Of a stretch of DNA of 64,000 nt, positions 45,948 through 58,789 are shown one piece after another. The translations under genes and the position numbers were made by a program. This DNA comes from Tubiluchus corallicola (Eukaryota; Animalia; Priapulida). The DNA lies in assembly GCA_030141605.1 (NCBI GenBank), contig JAQGDQ010000559.1, positions 77,266 to 141,265 of the forward strand. The letters run 5' to 3'. The notes under the pieces were generated by a model that had not been told where the DNA came from, ran no database searches, and saw only the letters and a program-made list of their open reading frames with translations. Positions within the stretch are counted from its first letter, which is position 1. Every line of letters starts with the position of its first letter.

Positions 45948-46742
45948 ATGGCGAGTTACTACTTTCCGAACGAATTCCGCGACACGCTGATGCGACCCGA
46001 CTCTGGATCGACCGCCAAAAGTCGAGGTTTGGGAAAATTCAATTTCGAACGCGACGAACACAGAAGACAAAGATCTCCTGGACCTGTGAAATGGATACCG
46101 ACGCCATTCTCACCAGTTCTAGAAGAAACTTACGCCAACGGGGCACCAGGGCAAGGACCCCCCGTGGAGAGAATGTCCCCGTCTGGAACCGCCCAGCCGA
46201 CATTTTACGCTCCCTACTATAGGTCCGTCTCGGCAATGAACAATTACGCGCACTACGCACGACCTCAACGACCACCGTCCAGTCAGAGCGTTCCCACGCC
46301 CTATTATAATTATCACGAAGGTCCTTACACGGTATTTTATCCGCGAGCGTATTCGTCTGCAGACGTGCCCCAGTATTCGCGTCGACCATCAGGGCAGGGC
46401 CACATTCCTCCGCCAACGTATGACGACCTTCCTTACCACATCGTACCAGTGGTCAAGCAGAACTGTGACTGTGACCCGTGTCCACTGCACGGACAAAACT
46501 GTAAACACGTAAAGGGTATGTTGCCCGTGTTGGACCTTCCTGACGATCTGCTGCCCACTCCGGAAAAGTTCGTGGAAGTTCGCGAGACGGTTCATCTGCC
46601 TCCTAAAGAAGAGGATCTGGATAGTGTGCGGAATAAGACTTGTTCAAGCAGCTATAGGGGACTTTTCATCATAATGTGGATAATCATTGGTGCTGTGGTG
46701 CTAGCAATGGTGCTTGGCTTGATATTTTGGGCTGTGCTTTGA
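45948..46742 (+). CDS. Uncharacterised Pro/Ser/Tyr-rich protein with C-terminal transmembrane anchor (264 aa)
   Basis: GC-rich open frame, gcgATGG context after a tttgcAG acceptor, PPTY motif, Cys/His cluster, terminal hydrophobic helix GLFIIMWIIIGAVVLAMVLGLIFWAVL. Confidence 0.8.
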   Translation: MASYYFPNEFRDTLMRPDSGSTAKSRGLGKFNFERDEHRRQRSPGPVKWIPTPFSPVLEETYANGAPGQGPPVERMSPSGTAQPTFYAPYYRSVSAMNNYAHYARPQRPPSSQSVPTPYYNYHEGPYTVFYPRAYSSADVPQYSRRPSGQGHIPPPTYDDLPYHIVPVVKQNCDCDPCPLHGQNCKHVKGMLPVLDLPDDLLPTPEKFVEVRETVHLPPKEEDLDSVRNKTCSSSYRGLFIIMWIIIGAVVLAMVLGLIFWAVL

Positions 46743-46926
46743 TAAAAATGTCTGAAAACTATGTATAGCAGTGATCAAGTTTTTTTTACCGACCTGCTTC
46801 CTAAAGTGATGACCAAACTCAAGTAGTGTGGGATATACAGTCTGCCGTTCGTTCGTTGAAAATCTTCCAGAGATTTGGAATCATAATAAAGTTTGAGAAT
46901 TCCATAGTTTTTACCAGGCTTGTTTA

Positions 46927-47005
<79 letters not shown>

Positions 47006-47008
47006 CCC

Positions 47009-47057
<49 letters not shown>

Positions 47058-48720
47058 TCTCTCCCTCTCTCTCTCTCTCTCAGCTTTTTAAATGAAAAGT
47101 TAACATTAGCTCAAAGAGCTATTGTCGCCGACTGCAAATAACAACCTACAACTACATAACAGAGACTACTATTACCCCACTTTTACCCTAAATACCACGC
47201 CCCAGGCAGGGCAACAGCAGGTACCATTTTTAAAGTTTCTGTTATAACCCAGGCACTGCATCGACCTAACGACCTCTCTGAGAAAACCGTCTTAAAGGAA
47301 GACAGGACGATTTTTCTTATACTACCACATTTTCAAGTGCGATAAAATGTATATATTTTAACACAATTAATACTGCAAAAACGTTTCTGGTCATCAAATA
47401 ATAGATTCAAATTTTAATTAATGGCGGGCAAGCCTAACTATTGATGACATCACAAACTAACATAATTTTTAACTGCAAAAAATATTCCGTGAGCGTGTTG
47501 CACGTGTTCGTGAAAGCGAAAATTGAAGTACAGTGCTACTGTAAGAGATTCAGTGTGTTGTACTAAAATTAGGCAAGTTTTAAGATAAAAATTTACCGCT
47601 GTTCAACAGCAACTAACACATCTGAACTGAGAGGTACAGCACCAGTTTTTTGTGCAATACCGCATTTCCAAAATGCAGACACTAGTGCTCGCCTAACTAG
47701 CAAATGGGGAAATACATGTAACAGTGAAGAACTAGTGACGTGAAATTGTGTTTGTGTGGTAATAATTCTTTCACGTAAGAATAGTTTGTTTCCTTTCAAT
47801 ATTTTAAAAAGTAGATTGTTTTGACCTGCAGTTTAAGATTGGGTCCTTTTTGCTTTAATGACTAATCTGGCATTGGACATAATGTACAAAATTTCCATAT
47901 TACGTCAGAATCGACTGTCCAGAGCCTCACCATCCATATTACTATACATTCAACACTCTCGCTTCGACCAAGTTGAACTGGCTCACCCCCACCCCCAAAA
48001 CGACCGTATTCATTGTAAGGGTTTAATAAAAAATCTGAACAAAAAATGAAATTCTTTCTCGCTATGTTATCTATTCTGTTTTGTTCTCACTACAGGTAAC
48101 TAGAATTGTCAAAGAACTCCACTCTTGCTGGATGTTGGGTCGCATTTCGCCTTTAAACTTGAACACTTTGGTGTATAATGCATGCTTTAGACAGGACTTC
48201 ATTGTACCATTTGTCTAATTTACTATCAGCTAAAGGGCTAAATACTTTGCTAATCAGTTTCAGCAGTCTCGGATAACCTAGATACCTGCTGTTGCAAATA
48301 CAATGCCTCCTTTTACTACCATCTAAGTCAAAAATTTAGAAAATGCGAAGCATTGATTAGTATTTGGGCTGCTCTATCGTCCGACCTCTTTTACGTGTGC
48401 CATTCTTTCAGGGTTTAGGAAGAGTGGTGATCTTCAAGTTGTATAAATAAGTTTACAAATTAATAAAAGATTGCCAGTGTACTCAATGGTAAGAATAGTT
48501 TTGTTTGGGTTTTACGGTGACAAACAAAGTCTTCATTTTTTGCTTAGCATAACAGTTTATTGTTTGTGTACGATACTCACGTCACGTGACACTTAGTCAT
48601 TTACTTCATATCTGACACTGAGACGCCATTACCCAAAATTATACATTTTATCTGAAACAAGGTATATAAATTCCTTTAATAAACTAATTCATTTCTTATC
48701 GAGAGATCAATTACGATTAA

Positions 48721-49170
48721 CCCTTTCAGTCCCAAATTATTTTTTTAATAAGAAATATGTTTTTTGGCTTGGTACTTTTGTTCAGTATGTCCATCTTGTT
48801 TACACATAATATTTATTTTTTTACCTGTGCCCGCGTGCTAAATATAGCCTGTCTCCCACGGGATACATTGGGATTCAATGGAAGCATCAAATGTGCTTCA
48901 TTTTGCAACTGCTGATAATTTTTTAAAGTATTTAAGACATTTAGTATGCATGCTACGCTGATCTGTACAAAGTCGTCTCTAAAGTACTGTACCTTGCGCA
49001 GTTTTTTATGCTATGTAGATTGCCATTTTATCACCATTTTTAGTCTATTGTTATTGTCTTAAATCAAAATAACTATTAACAGATCAAACAATTGTCAGTT
49101 TTAAAATTTTATTAATTTTAAAGGCAGAAAATATTCTCGTATCCCACAGGATACTACGGGTATGAAAGGG
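48721..49170. mobile_element. piggyBac-like MITE (intact ends)
   Basis: TTAA|CCCTTTCA...TGAAAGGG|TTAA terminal inverted repeats with TTAA duplication. Confidence 0.9.
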
Positions 49171-51251
49171 TTAAGTGAAATGAATGAGAGACAAATTCCT
49201 TTAACAAACTAATTCATTTCTTATCAAATAATCGATTACGATTAAGTGAAATTAATGAGAGACTTACAGTAAATAACTAAATAAAATTTACATACATCGT
49301 TGGCATTAAATCGTGAGTTACACAGAAACACGTCATCACTTGAATACACTGAAACTTGAATGACCGGAAATTGACTAGGATGCAAATATTGAAGCCAGAT
49401 GTCGCCACTTGTAACTGTAAAACGCTATATTAAATTTAACAAACAAAAATCCTTGACAAGTTTCATCTATCTACTGTCTGTAGACCCACCAAGAAATATG
49501 CATTAATATCTTACCATATAAACCCATTACCTCGTCTTGCTTTGTTTTCATAATTAAAGGTGCATCCGCTCTGTTAGTTTATTATTTATGTTACCAGATG
49601 GCGACACCAAAATAGTGCTGGTGCTGACTGTTTTATACACAAATTGTGACATCTGTTGTTAGGAAGAAGAAAACATTTACAAACGTGAAAGTACGTTTTT
49701 GTTGATGCTCAGTGGCGACTCGTAGCTAAAATCACTGGGGGTGGGGGTGGGTGTTCGCTTCAGAAAATTTTCAACCTTTGTTTTAATAATTGTGTAAAAC
49801 GAAACAAACGTAAAGGAAAATTTATACATATTTGATTAAATCCAAAAGAAAAAAAACATTTTTTATTCTCTATTGGCCCAAATCGTTACAGTTGAAAAAT
49901 ATGCGAATTCATGGCTTTTAAGCACGTGACAACTGACAATACTCATTGTGTGACAGTACTCTTTTTAGGTATAGCGCCTTATCTAAGATATGTGCGCATG
50001 GCCGCATGCGCACATCAGCCAAACACACGTCACTGGAACTGTGAAGCGCACAGTTCCGTCACGTGCTCTGATTCCATACAAGCAGTAGTAGTAGTAGTAA
50101 AATCTTTATTTGCCATTTTAAAACATAAACCATCATAATAAAAGACAGACAATCAGTGTTAGTTCATATAAAAAACATACCTGTTCTGGGCAAATGCGTC
50201 TGGTGCAAGCTAAACTATAAGTGCAACTAGAATTTCAAAAATAAAATATAAACTAGTTTAGTAAGGTCTAGAACAAATGAAATTATGATTTGAGTAAGTA
50301 TCATCGTGTTCGTATGTCGGATATTCAAAACGAGTCATTAAATGTTTTTTTAATTAAGACTTGAATATTGATAAAGAGCTGCTGTGTTTTAGTGATGTCG
50401 GTAATGAATTACCAAAGTTGTATTGCTTGCTTAGTAATGGAATTCTACAAGGATTTACAAGAATAAAGAAAGAATTGAAGAAAAAAGACTCATTATATTG
50501 AATATTAGCAATAATATCGAGTGAGCATACGGGGTGCTGCAGTTCCACAGTGTCTATACACCATCTTCACTGCAAAGGTCGCGCAAAATGTCTGTCCAAC
50601 TGACAGTTGATACGTAAGAACTACGTCATCAAATAACAAAGGATCTGCTGTTTTGTTTGTATTCGGTCAATTTTTGCTACAGGGGCAACGGTCCAAATTA
50701 CACATAGGTAATTCAGAAAAGATGGCAACGTAAATAGATCGTGATTTTCTCACCGGTGTATCGCTGGCAGTGATGTCCTGTTTGTCGGAAGAAAATTAAA
50801 TTATTCCAGCAAACGAATGTCGTATGATAATTTTGAAAAAAAACGTTTGTACAAATACACACTTTTCCACGCGTTTTTATAGCTGTGTATAGTCCATTCC
50901 ATCTTTATAATAAACGGTCCATTCCATCTTTATAAATTTATAATAAGACGTCATAGTTTCGCTGTGCGCACGCGCAGTTGCTGTAGGTCAAAGGTTAATA
51001 ACCACAGCAATGCGTCTTAACTTTCTTCACTTTATTATGCATTAGTCTGTGTGTAGAGTGATTTACTGGCAGGATCTTGCTTGGGAACAAGAAAAAATGA
51101 ACTAGGTAAGGTTCTAGCTAGCTGTGAAAAATGTTACTGTTACAACAGCATGGGCTGCGAGGCATTGTCAAATGTACACTAATGCGTTGTCTGGTACGCT
51201 TAACCTTTGACCTTTTGAAGATCATCATCAATCGCTAAAACTGTGAAAAGG

Positions 51252-51638
51252 CAGTACAGTGCAGTGCAGTGCAGTAGAGTGCAGTGCAATACAGTGCAGT
51301 GCAGTACAGTGCAGTACAATACAGTGCAGTGCAGTACAGTAAAATGCAGTTCAGTACAGTACAGTGCAGTACAGTACGGTACGGTACGGTACGGTACGGC
51401 ACGGCACGGCACGGCACGGCACGGCACGGCACGGTACGGTACGGTACGGTACGGTACAGTACAGCACAGCACAGTACAGTGCAGCACAGCACAGCACAGC
51501 ACAGCACAGTACAGCACAGTACAGTACAGTACAGCACAATACAGTACAGTGCAGTACAGTGCAGTGCAGTACAGCACACCACAGAACAGTACAGTACAGT
51601 ACAGCACAATACAGTACAGTGCAGTGCAGTACAGTACA
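51252..51638. repeat. Pentamer microsatellite (CAGTA/CAGTG/CGGCA)n; second tract at 52914-53146
   Basis: Direct reading. Confidence 0.95.
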
Positions 51639-52145
51639 GGTTTTGGCAGATTATTTTAAACAAATATCAATTGGTAGTATCTGACATAATTTATCATTAT
51701 CTTTGAGCTCATTAAAATTATTGATTTTAGACGCTGGAACAACGAAATGCGAATATCATCATAAAGGGACAATGTAAAAATGTGTGTGTGAGTGCGCATG
51801 CGCGTGTGTGTATCATATTGCGAGTATTATATCGATTTCAAAGTAAAATCAATTCAGATTTGTTATAACTCATAAAATTATAAAGCGTAGATACAAAAGT
51901 TTCAGTCTCGTACATTGTACAGCGCTGACAGGAAACATTTCAATACAACGATACACCCAGCAGATATTCATAAACTTCATAAACTTATCACTTGAAGTCG
52001 TTGACTCCATTTTGCGCTTGGCAGATGACAATACGGGGGGGGGGGGTGTTAAAAGCGATTTCCGCATTTCGTAAATGTAAATACTTTAGTGTCGACAATA
52101 AAACGTGCTTGAATTAGTGCCAACGATACAGTTTTTTTGGATACT

Positions 52146-52284
52146 GTCTCTCTCTCTCTTCTTCCTCTTCCTCGTTCTCTCTCTCTCTCACTCTCTCTTC
52201 TTCCTCGTTCTCTCTCTCTCTCGCTCTCTCTGTCTCTCTCTCTGTGTGTCGCTCTCTCTCTCCCTTTCTCTCTTTCTCTCTGCG

Positions 52285-52322
<38 letters not shown>

Positions 52323-52388
52323 TTCTCTCTCTCTCTCTCTCTCTTTCTCTCTTCTTCCTCGTTCTCTCTTTCTCTCTCTCTGTCTCTC

Positions 52389-52469
<81 letters not shown>
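52146..52469. repeat. (CT)n/(GA)n microsatellites (also 46930-47081, 60521-60683, 63763-63871)
   Basis: Direct reading. Confidence 0.95.
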
Positions 52470-52471
<2 letters not shown>

Positions 52472-55400
52472 GTCGGCTTTTTACATGAATCTCTAATTAG
52501 TTTACTCTTAAACGGTAGTAGCCTCCTAAACCATGACCAAAATATAGTTATATTCGATATTTGTTCAAACATATGTAAGAAATACTCGTTGATTCGCCCA
52601 TTAGTGTGTTCCATTTTATGCCTTTTGTTTTGTTTAGTACACAGCATCGTATGTACGAATCTATTTCATTGTATATTAATTTATTTCTGTCATTTCATCT
52701 GTTGCGCCACCTGTGTACCATTTCGTCTTCCTGAGGCTTTTTTTATCAGTGGTAATTGTAGCCAAAGGTTTGTTTTTGTTCTACAATAATGAAAAATATG
52801 GTTATGAAAAAACTTGTAACATTCGCATGTCGTATACTGATCAGAAGACGTAAACTAAATTGTTGAAATATCAATTGCTGTGTGTGTGTTTTTCTCTAGT
52901 ATGTATGTAGTATAGTACAGTGCAGTACAGTACAGTGCAGTGCAGTGCAGTGCAGTGCAGTGCAGTGCAGTGCAGTGCAGTGCAGTGCAGTGCAGTGCAG
53001 TGCAGTGCATTGCAGTGCAGTACAGTACAGTACAGTACAGTACAGTACAGTACAGTACAGTACAGTACAGTACAGTACAGTACAGTACAGTACAGTACAG
53101 TGCAGTACAGTACAGTACAGTACAGTACACTACAGTACAGTACAATACTGTTAATCGTACTGTTACAGTAAAAATCGTGCGAATTTCAGTTGCCGTTTCA
53201 ACGTACTTTCTTCATCAAAGCCTGAATTTTTTTCTAGCCTTCGTATTTTTTCTTAAATTTGACCTCAATTGCAGAAGTTTTTTTACTCGTCTTTTTACAA
53301 TGTACAGTTTATGTCTTTTACGACAAGTAATTAAACCATGTCGTGACGCTAAAGTTGCCACTTGGGTGTTTTGGAGAGAGCCAACAACCGACATTGGCAG
53401 GTTTTTGAAGTTGCGATGTTCGTGTTAAACAGATGAAATCACTGGATGAAAACATGGTTTAACTTTGCAATCTGTATTCTACTCAAAATCATAGTCTCAT
53501 GGTCAATCCACATATGTACAAAATTGATAAACATAATCAACAGTTGTAAACAAAAGATAAAGTAAATCCATCAGCCAATATATCATGGCACCTGAGTCAA
53601 AACGTTATTATAACCAAACAAGTGCTTAAGCATATTGCTTGTCCTCTAATCTTGCTATAAAGTGTGAAAAGTTACTACATTCACAGAGAAGCCAAGTAAC
53701 TCAGTTCCATATAAACATATAACAGTAGCAAGTACATACACATATTGGAAACTTCAAAGTGTACAAACAGATGTCAGCACTGACTTAGTGGTAATGAAAA
53801 ACTAAAGTTTAAAACTGCAAATCAAAATTAATAATAAATTGCAAATTAAATGGATCAGAAGCCATGCATTTCATGGATTAGAAACCATCTTTCAGCGCAC
53901 TATTGTTATACTATAAATATTGCCTAACTTTTACTATATTATGTTGCCTAAACAACAATATAAAGATAGCTGTTAATTGTTTCATCTTGTAACAATGACT
54001 TGAGTGATTATCGTTGCATTGTGCCACAAATACCTACTTCAAACATTATTTTTGTGCATGCATAGCAAAATCGTCCATAAGTCGGCAGGTTTTCTAGTTA
54101 TTCACACATCCTGAAGCTCCATTTCATGAGGATCATTTTGATACCAAGTTCATCACTCTATGTTATTTCTAAGCTGAGATAATCCACGTTGAAGTTGAGG
54201 TGCAGGCTGCACACTGAAAATCACTGTTAGAGTCAGCCATTGTTTTTTGTTGCGTCTCTCCAAGAGACTTAGCAACGGCATAAATGTTGGTTGTTTCGCA
54301 CTTTACATGAGAACATTGAAGTTCAGTTTAAATCCAGTAGATGGCTCTTCCTGACGAAGATCTGGGTTTGACAACAGGAAAAATCCCCGAAGCAAAATGA
54401 CAGCTTGCACGAGCTACTGCCAGAGTTTGAAAATACAAGTTTTTTACAATTGCAGTGCTGGTTTTTAGCCAGAAAAGTTGACAAGGAGTTACAAAATTAA
54501 TATTTTTAGTACTTTTTTTGGACATTTTTTTGATAATTTACGGCTAAAATATAAAAGTCCAATATATTTAGCGTTTGTCTTTATAAAAAATTATATTCTA
54601 TAACCCTTTGACTTTCTACAGTGAAACTGATACAAAAGTTCTCCTACTACAAAGATAATACCAACACACAAAAGACAAAGTGCACAAATAATATTTACGT
54701 AACAATTAAACAAGCTTATTAATTAGTAAAAGACACAGTCGCATTCTGATGAACAAACGAGTATAATAACACGTAACATTGTTAACTGAAAACGTTGAAT
54801 TTAGCTTAAAGGACAAGAAAAGGGGTACCTTAAGTAGGTTTCAGAAAAATCACCTTAAAAAATTATACTAGTTTATAGCAATTTTATTCATCTATCGCAC
54901 TCGCCTTGAAAATATTTTTTATTTGTTTTAATTTTAAATCTCAAAAAATACCATTCCCAAATCGGCATTACATGACGTCATATACGCACAATGTAAACTA
55001 GGGGAAGAAAATGAAATATTAAATTGTGTCCAAAAAATTTTCCATAAAAATTTGCATTAGTTACCATTATGCTTTCCTGTTGGAAAGATTTATGTAACTA
55101 GAAATAATAATTTTAAATATTCGTGCCAATTAGTAAAGTGTCGTTGACTCACACTCCAGGGTGCGCCACTCACTAACCAAAAACGTATTTTTAATCTTAT
55201 TGACAAGATACAGTAATTTAAAATTTTTCTTAGTAACATGTGTGCTACGAATGCTTTGATTATTTTTTGAAACTTTATTCTGTATTATCTAAACTTGTTT
55301 CAAATGACTCATCGTCAAAATGGCTACGTCTAACAGCTATCGCGGAAGTTTAAATTTCCAAGTTTTCTACAGCGCTACTGCCAACGCAAGCCCTGTATTG

Positions 55401-55820
55401 CTAAAAAGTAGTACGTAATGGTATAAAAATTCAAGGCGAATTTTCATGCTTTCGTAAGTGGAGGGTTTTCTTACGCTTTAAAGAGTTGAACAATGAACAA
55501 TGGCTGTTTAGTCTCTAGAACAATAGCAGAAATTAACGTTTAACTCTGTTTGCTTATTCAAACCTGGAAAGTTCATGAAAACAATGAAACGGGTACTACA
55601 TTAGCATTGTTTTCAAAATCGTTCCATTATTAAAAGAACGATTTCACTGATGCAGCCCTAATGTTTAGTGAGGCAAGTTCAGGGTGACCATGAGAAAAAC
55701 GTGTGATCTAGTGAAGTACTTGCACTTGACAGGCTAAAACTCCCTAGTAATCAAGACGTAAAATACTAAGATAGAAAATCAAATACGGTTAATCATTGCC
55801 ATCAAATATCTACTAAAGCA

Positions 55821-57392
55821 ATGCGTTTGTTATTAATTTATATCAACCGTAGTTGTGTTTCGAAATTCTGGACATTAATGTGGTTGAACGTTCTTTTGTT
55901 TAACGTAGAAACATATGGACTTGGTACATCCTATGCAGACGATTCTGTAGGAATTTCTCCAAGTGCTTCTTGTGCTTTTACCCACCCAACTGACAAAATT
56001 CAGATGAATTTTGAAATTGACGGAGAAACACTCTCTGATCGTGGTTCACACGACTCCTGTTCCGCAACAATCTGCGAGGACGACTGTGGTAAGTTCTACT
56101 TTGTGGAAGAACAGTCTGATCTTAATCTGGAAACTTCCCGGCATGTAGGATGGAACGAGTTGAAAGACTGTGGCATCGAATTAAAGAAGCCATTTTGTCT
56201 TCTGGAGGTTTTCAATGACGATGAGAAGCCAACACGATGTCGTGTTGCCTCAGTCTACCTGAAAGTATTGGAAGATACTCGTCCTGTTCAGCAAAGAAGT
56301 TCAGCGTCTGAATGGCAAAACATCAATTCATTTAGAAGAGCAAAGAGAGTAAAACGACGAGATGGACAGACTAGTAGAGAGAGACATAAACGTGAAAACA
56401 ATTGTAATCATTTTATTAATTGTCAAACTCCCTGTAAGGGAAGATGCCATGGGAAACACAGGAAAAAGGTGAAATGTTGGAGATATTGCGATCAAACCTG
56501 TTCAGGTTCAACAAGGTGTCGCTGCGGGTGTGATAATAGATGTAACCATGTTCCCTCGTGTACCCAAGGCTGTCCATCTTTCTGTGATTGCGTAAAAGAC
56601 CGCATGAAGAAATGTCCCGATTGTAAGCATGAATGTAGGAGGTACAAGGGAGTTGCGCAACGTGGACCAAGGAGGAGGTGCAGGGGAAAATGTGCCGAGG
56701 ATTGCTATCAGGATAGTGTAAAATTCTGCCACCAGAGAACAACACCATCAACAACAACAACAACGACGACTACGACTACGACGACAACAACAACAACTAC
56801 TACTACTACAACAACAACAACAACAACGACGACGACGACACCAACAACAACAGCAGCAACAACGACAACAACACGAACAACAACAACAACAATGCCTATA
56901 GTAGTTTTCCAATGCCAGAGTGAATGCGAATCTTTATGTTTTGCTGTTAAGCATCTAGAAAAGTGCAAGAGCATCTGTCAAAAAAATTGTATAGAAAGCC
57001 GTACAATGACGGCAAAACCTGCCAGACGACGACGGCAAGTGCCAGCCGGAGACTGCAACAACTGTCAGCCAACGTGTGAAAACTGTGATGTGAAACGTGC
57101 AAATGATGCAAAGAACACTAATAAACGCAAGATGAAATACACACGCTGGAATCAGACTCTCTCGGACATAATGACGTTCTCATTTGTTGATTTGAGTCAC
57201 AATGGAGCAGAAAATGATGTACTCAGTTCACTAACTGAGTCGTACACTGTGTTCCACTACAATGCAAATTTCACGTTTCATTCAGCAGTCCCTGCAGGAG
57301 GGGTACTCGTGTGCCCTTTAAAAGACTGGCAGAACAATTATCGTCTCTTTATGCAAATTAAGAAATGCAACTGCCAACCTGCAGATCCCTGA
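55821..57392 (+). CDS. Secreted-like Cys-rich, mucin (poly-Thr) protein with basic processing sites (523 aa)
   Basis: 1.57-kb uninterrupted ORF in AT-rich DNA, hydrophobic N-terminus, RRAKR/RVKRR/RHKR/RRRR sites, CxxxC repeats; AATAAA near 57625. Confidence 0.8.
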   Translation: MRLLLIYINRSCVSKFWTLMWLNVLLFNVETYGLGTSYADDSVGISPSASCAFTHPTDKIQMNFEIDGETLSDRGSHDSCSATICEDDCGKFYFVEEQSDLNLETSRHVGWNELKDCGIELKKPFCLLEVFNDDEKPTRCRVASVYLKVLEDTRPVQQRSSASEWQNINSFRRAKRVKRRDGQTSRERHKRENNCNHFINCQTPCKGRCHGKHRKKVKCWRYCDQTCSGSTRCRCGCDNRCNHVPSCTQGCPSFCDCVKDRMKKCPDCKHECRRYKGVAQRGPRRRCRGKCAEDCYQDSVKFCHQRTTPSTTTTTTTTTTTTTTTTTTTTTTTTTTTTTTPTTTAATTTTTRTTTTTMPIVVFQCQSECESLCFAVKHLEKCKSICQKNCIESRTMTAKPARRRRQVPAGDCNNCQPTCENCDVKRANDAKNTNKRKMKYTRWNQTLSDIMTFSFVDLSHNGAENDVLSSLTESYTVFHYNANFTFHSAVPAGGVLVCPLKDWQNNYRLFMQIKKCNCQPADP

Positions 57393-57704
57393 TGAATGGA
57401 GGACAACAAGTGAAAGAAGAAAAAGAACTAAAGGAGAAAAAGTAGGGGAACATTTTGAAGCTCTTGCCATGGGAGCATTTACAATGGAACGTAATCCACC
57501 TATAAATTAGTTTTTTGTAATTCGAGTTTTTGTTGACATTTACTTGTTAATGTGTCACAGATGTGTTACAGGCTTTGTGATTCTTAAAGCAAAAATTAAT
57601 AGATTTTGACCTAATTTGAATCTTAATAAACGTATGAAGTCACTAGCACAATATTCTGCTACAGTGTGGGTTAATTTTGCCCTCCATCTATGTTTATTGT
57701 ACTT

Positions 57705-57950
57705 GTTCTAAGTTCAGTGACTGAGCAAGTACTTGTAGCAGTTTATTCACCAGTACCACCAGGAGGGGTACTCGCGTGCCCTTTAAAAACCCGGCAGAAC
57801 AATTACCGTCTCTTCGTGCAAATTCAGAAGTGCAACAGCCAACCTGCACAAACACCACAGAAATGGTGAAGGAGCGAAGAAAGTAAATTAAAAAAGAACT
57901 AAATAAAGAAAAAAGTGCTAGTACTTTAGAAGTTGCTTGTATGGAACGCA
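57705..57950 (+). pseudogene. Degenerate partial duplicate of the 3' end of the 55821-57392 gene
   Basis: ggaggggtactcg-gtgccctttaaaa...gcagaacaatta-cgtctct...gccaacctgca at about 57762-57848 repeats 57296-57383. Confidence 0.75.
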
Positions 57951-58789
57951 AGTCTCGTATGTGCATTGTGTAGTTGTTTTTTGTTTTCTCTTGCAGTTTG
58001 TATTTACTGTGGTACGTGGTCCTTCTTTTTGTGGTATGATATTTGTATTTTCTGTGGTTTTTTATTGAAAAAATTAGTTTATATTAAAAACTGGAACAGA
58101 ATTTGAAAAGTCAAGCTGAGTGCATTAAAGCAAAACTGGACCCAATCTTAAACTATAGACCAAAACCATCTAATCTTTAAACAATTGAAAGGAAACTTAC
58201 TATTTTTTTAAAAATGACTTACGTAAAAGAATTATTACCACACAAGCACAATTTCACGTTCGCGTAACTAATTCTTCGCTGTTACACGCATTTCGTTAGT
58301 TAGACGGGCATTAGCGCCTGTATCTCGGAAACTCATTGCACAAAAATAGGTCCTGTACATCTCCATTGGAACGCAAGCCTCGTATAAATTCATTTTGTTT
58401 CTTTCCTGTTGTATGGTTCCGCAACTTTTACCCATACAGCTTATTGTGTTGCAGACTTTGCAAAAACACAGCAATGTTAAATTAAGACTGATGCACTGCT
58501 GCTGAGATCAGCCCTTAAAGGACAATTATTTGCATAGCGCTTATATTCAAACAGGCTAGGCAACTGCTTGTTGTGTAATACCTTGCACTTATTCGTTATG
58601 TAGCGCTTATATAAAGCTGTTCTCAGTAACTGCCTGTGGTGTGTTGTAAAATGCGTTATTTACATGAATATGAAAGTATACACATTTTCCGAAGAGAATA
58701 AGAATTAATTCTAAATTGTGGCGTCCCACAAACTTGGCGTACCAGGCTATAGCCGAGTTAGTTTATTGGTTAATACGCCGCTTGAGTAC

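Noticed and set aside
39552-53428. Numerous low-complexity ORFs (LPTY, MDGW, SFIH, SL/RE, CTVLY repeats)
   Set aside because: Translations of microsatellites.
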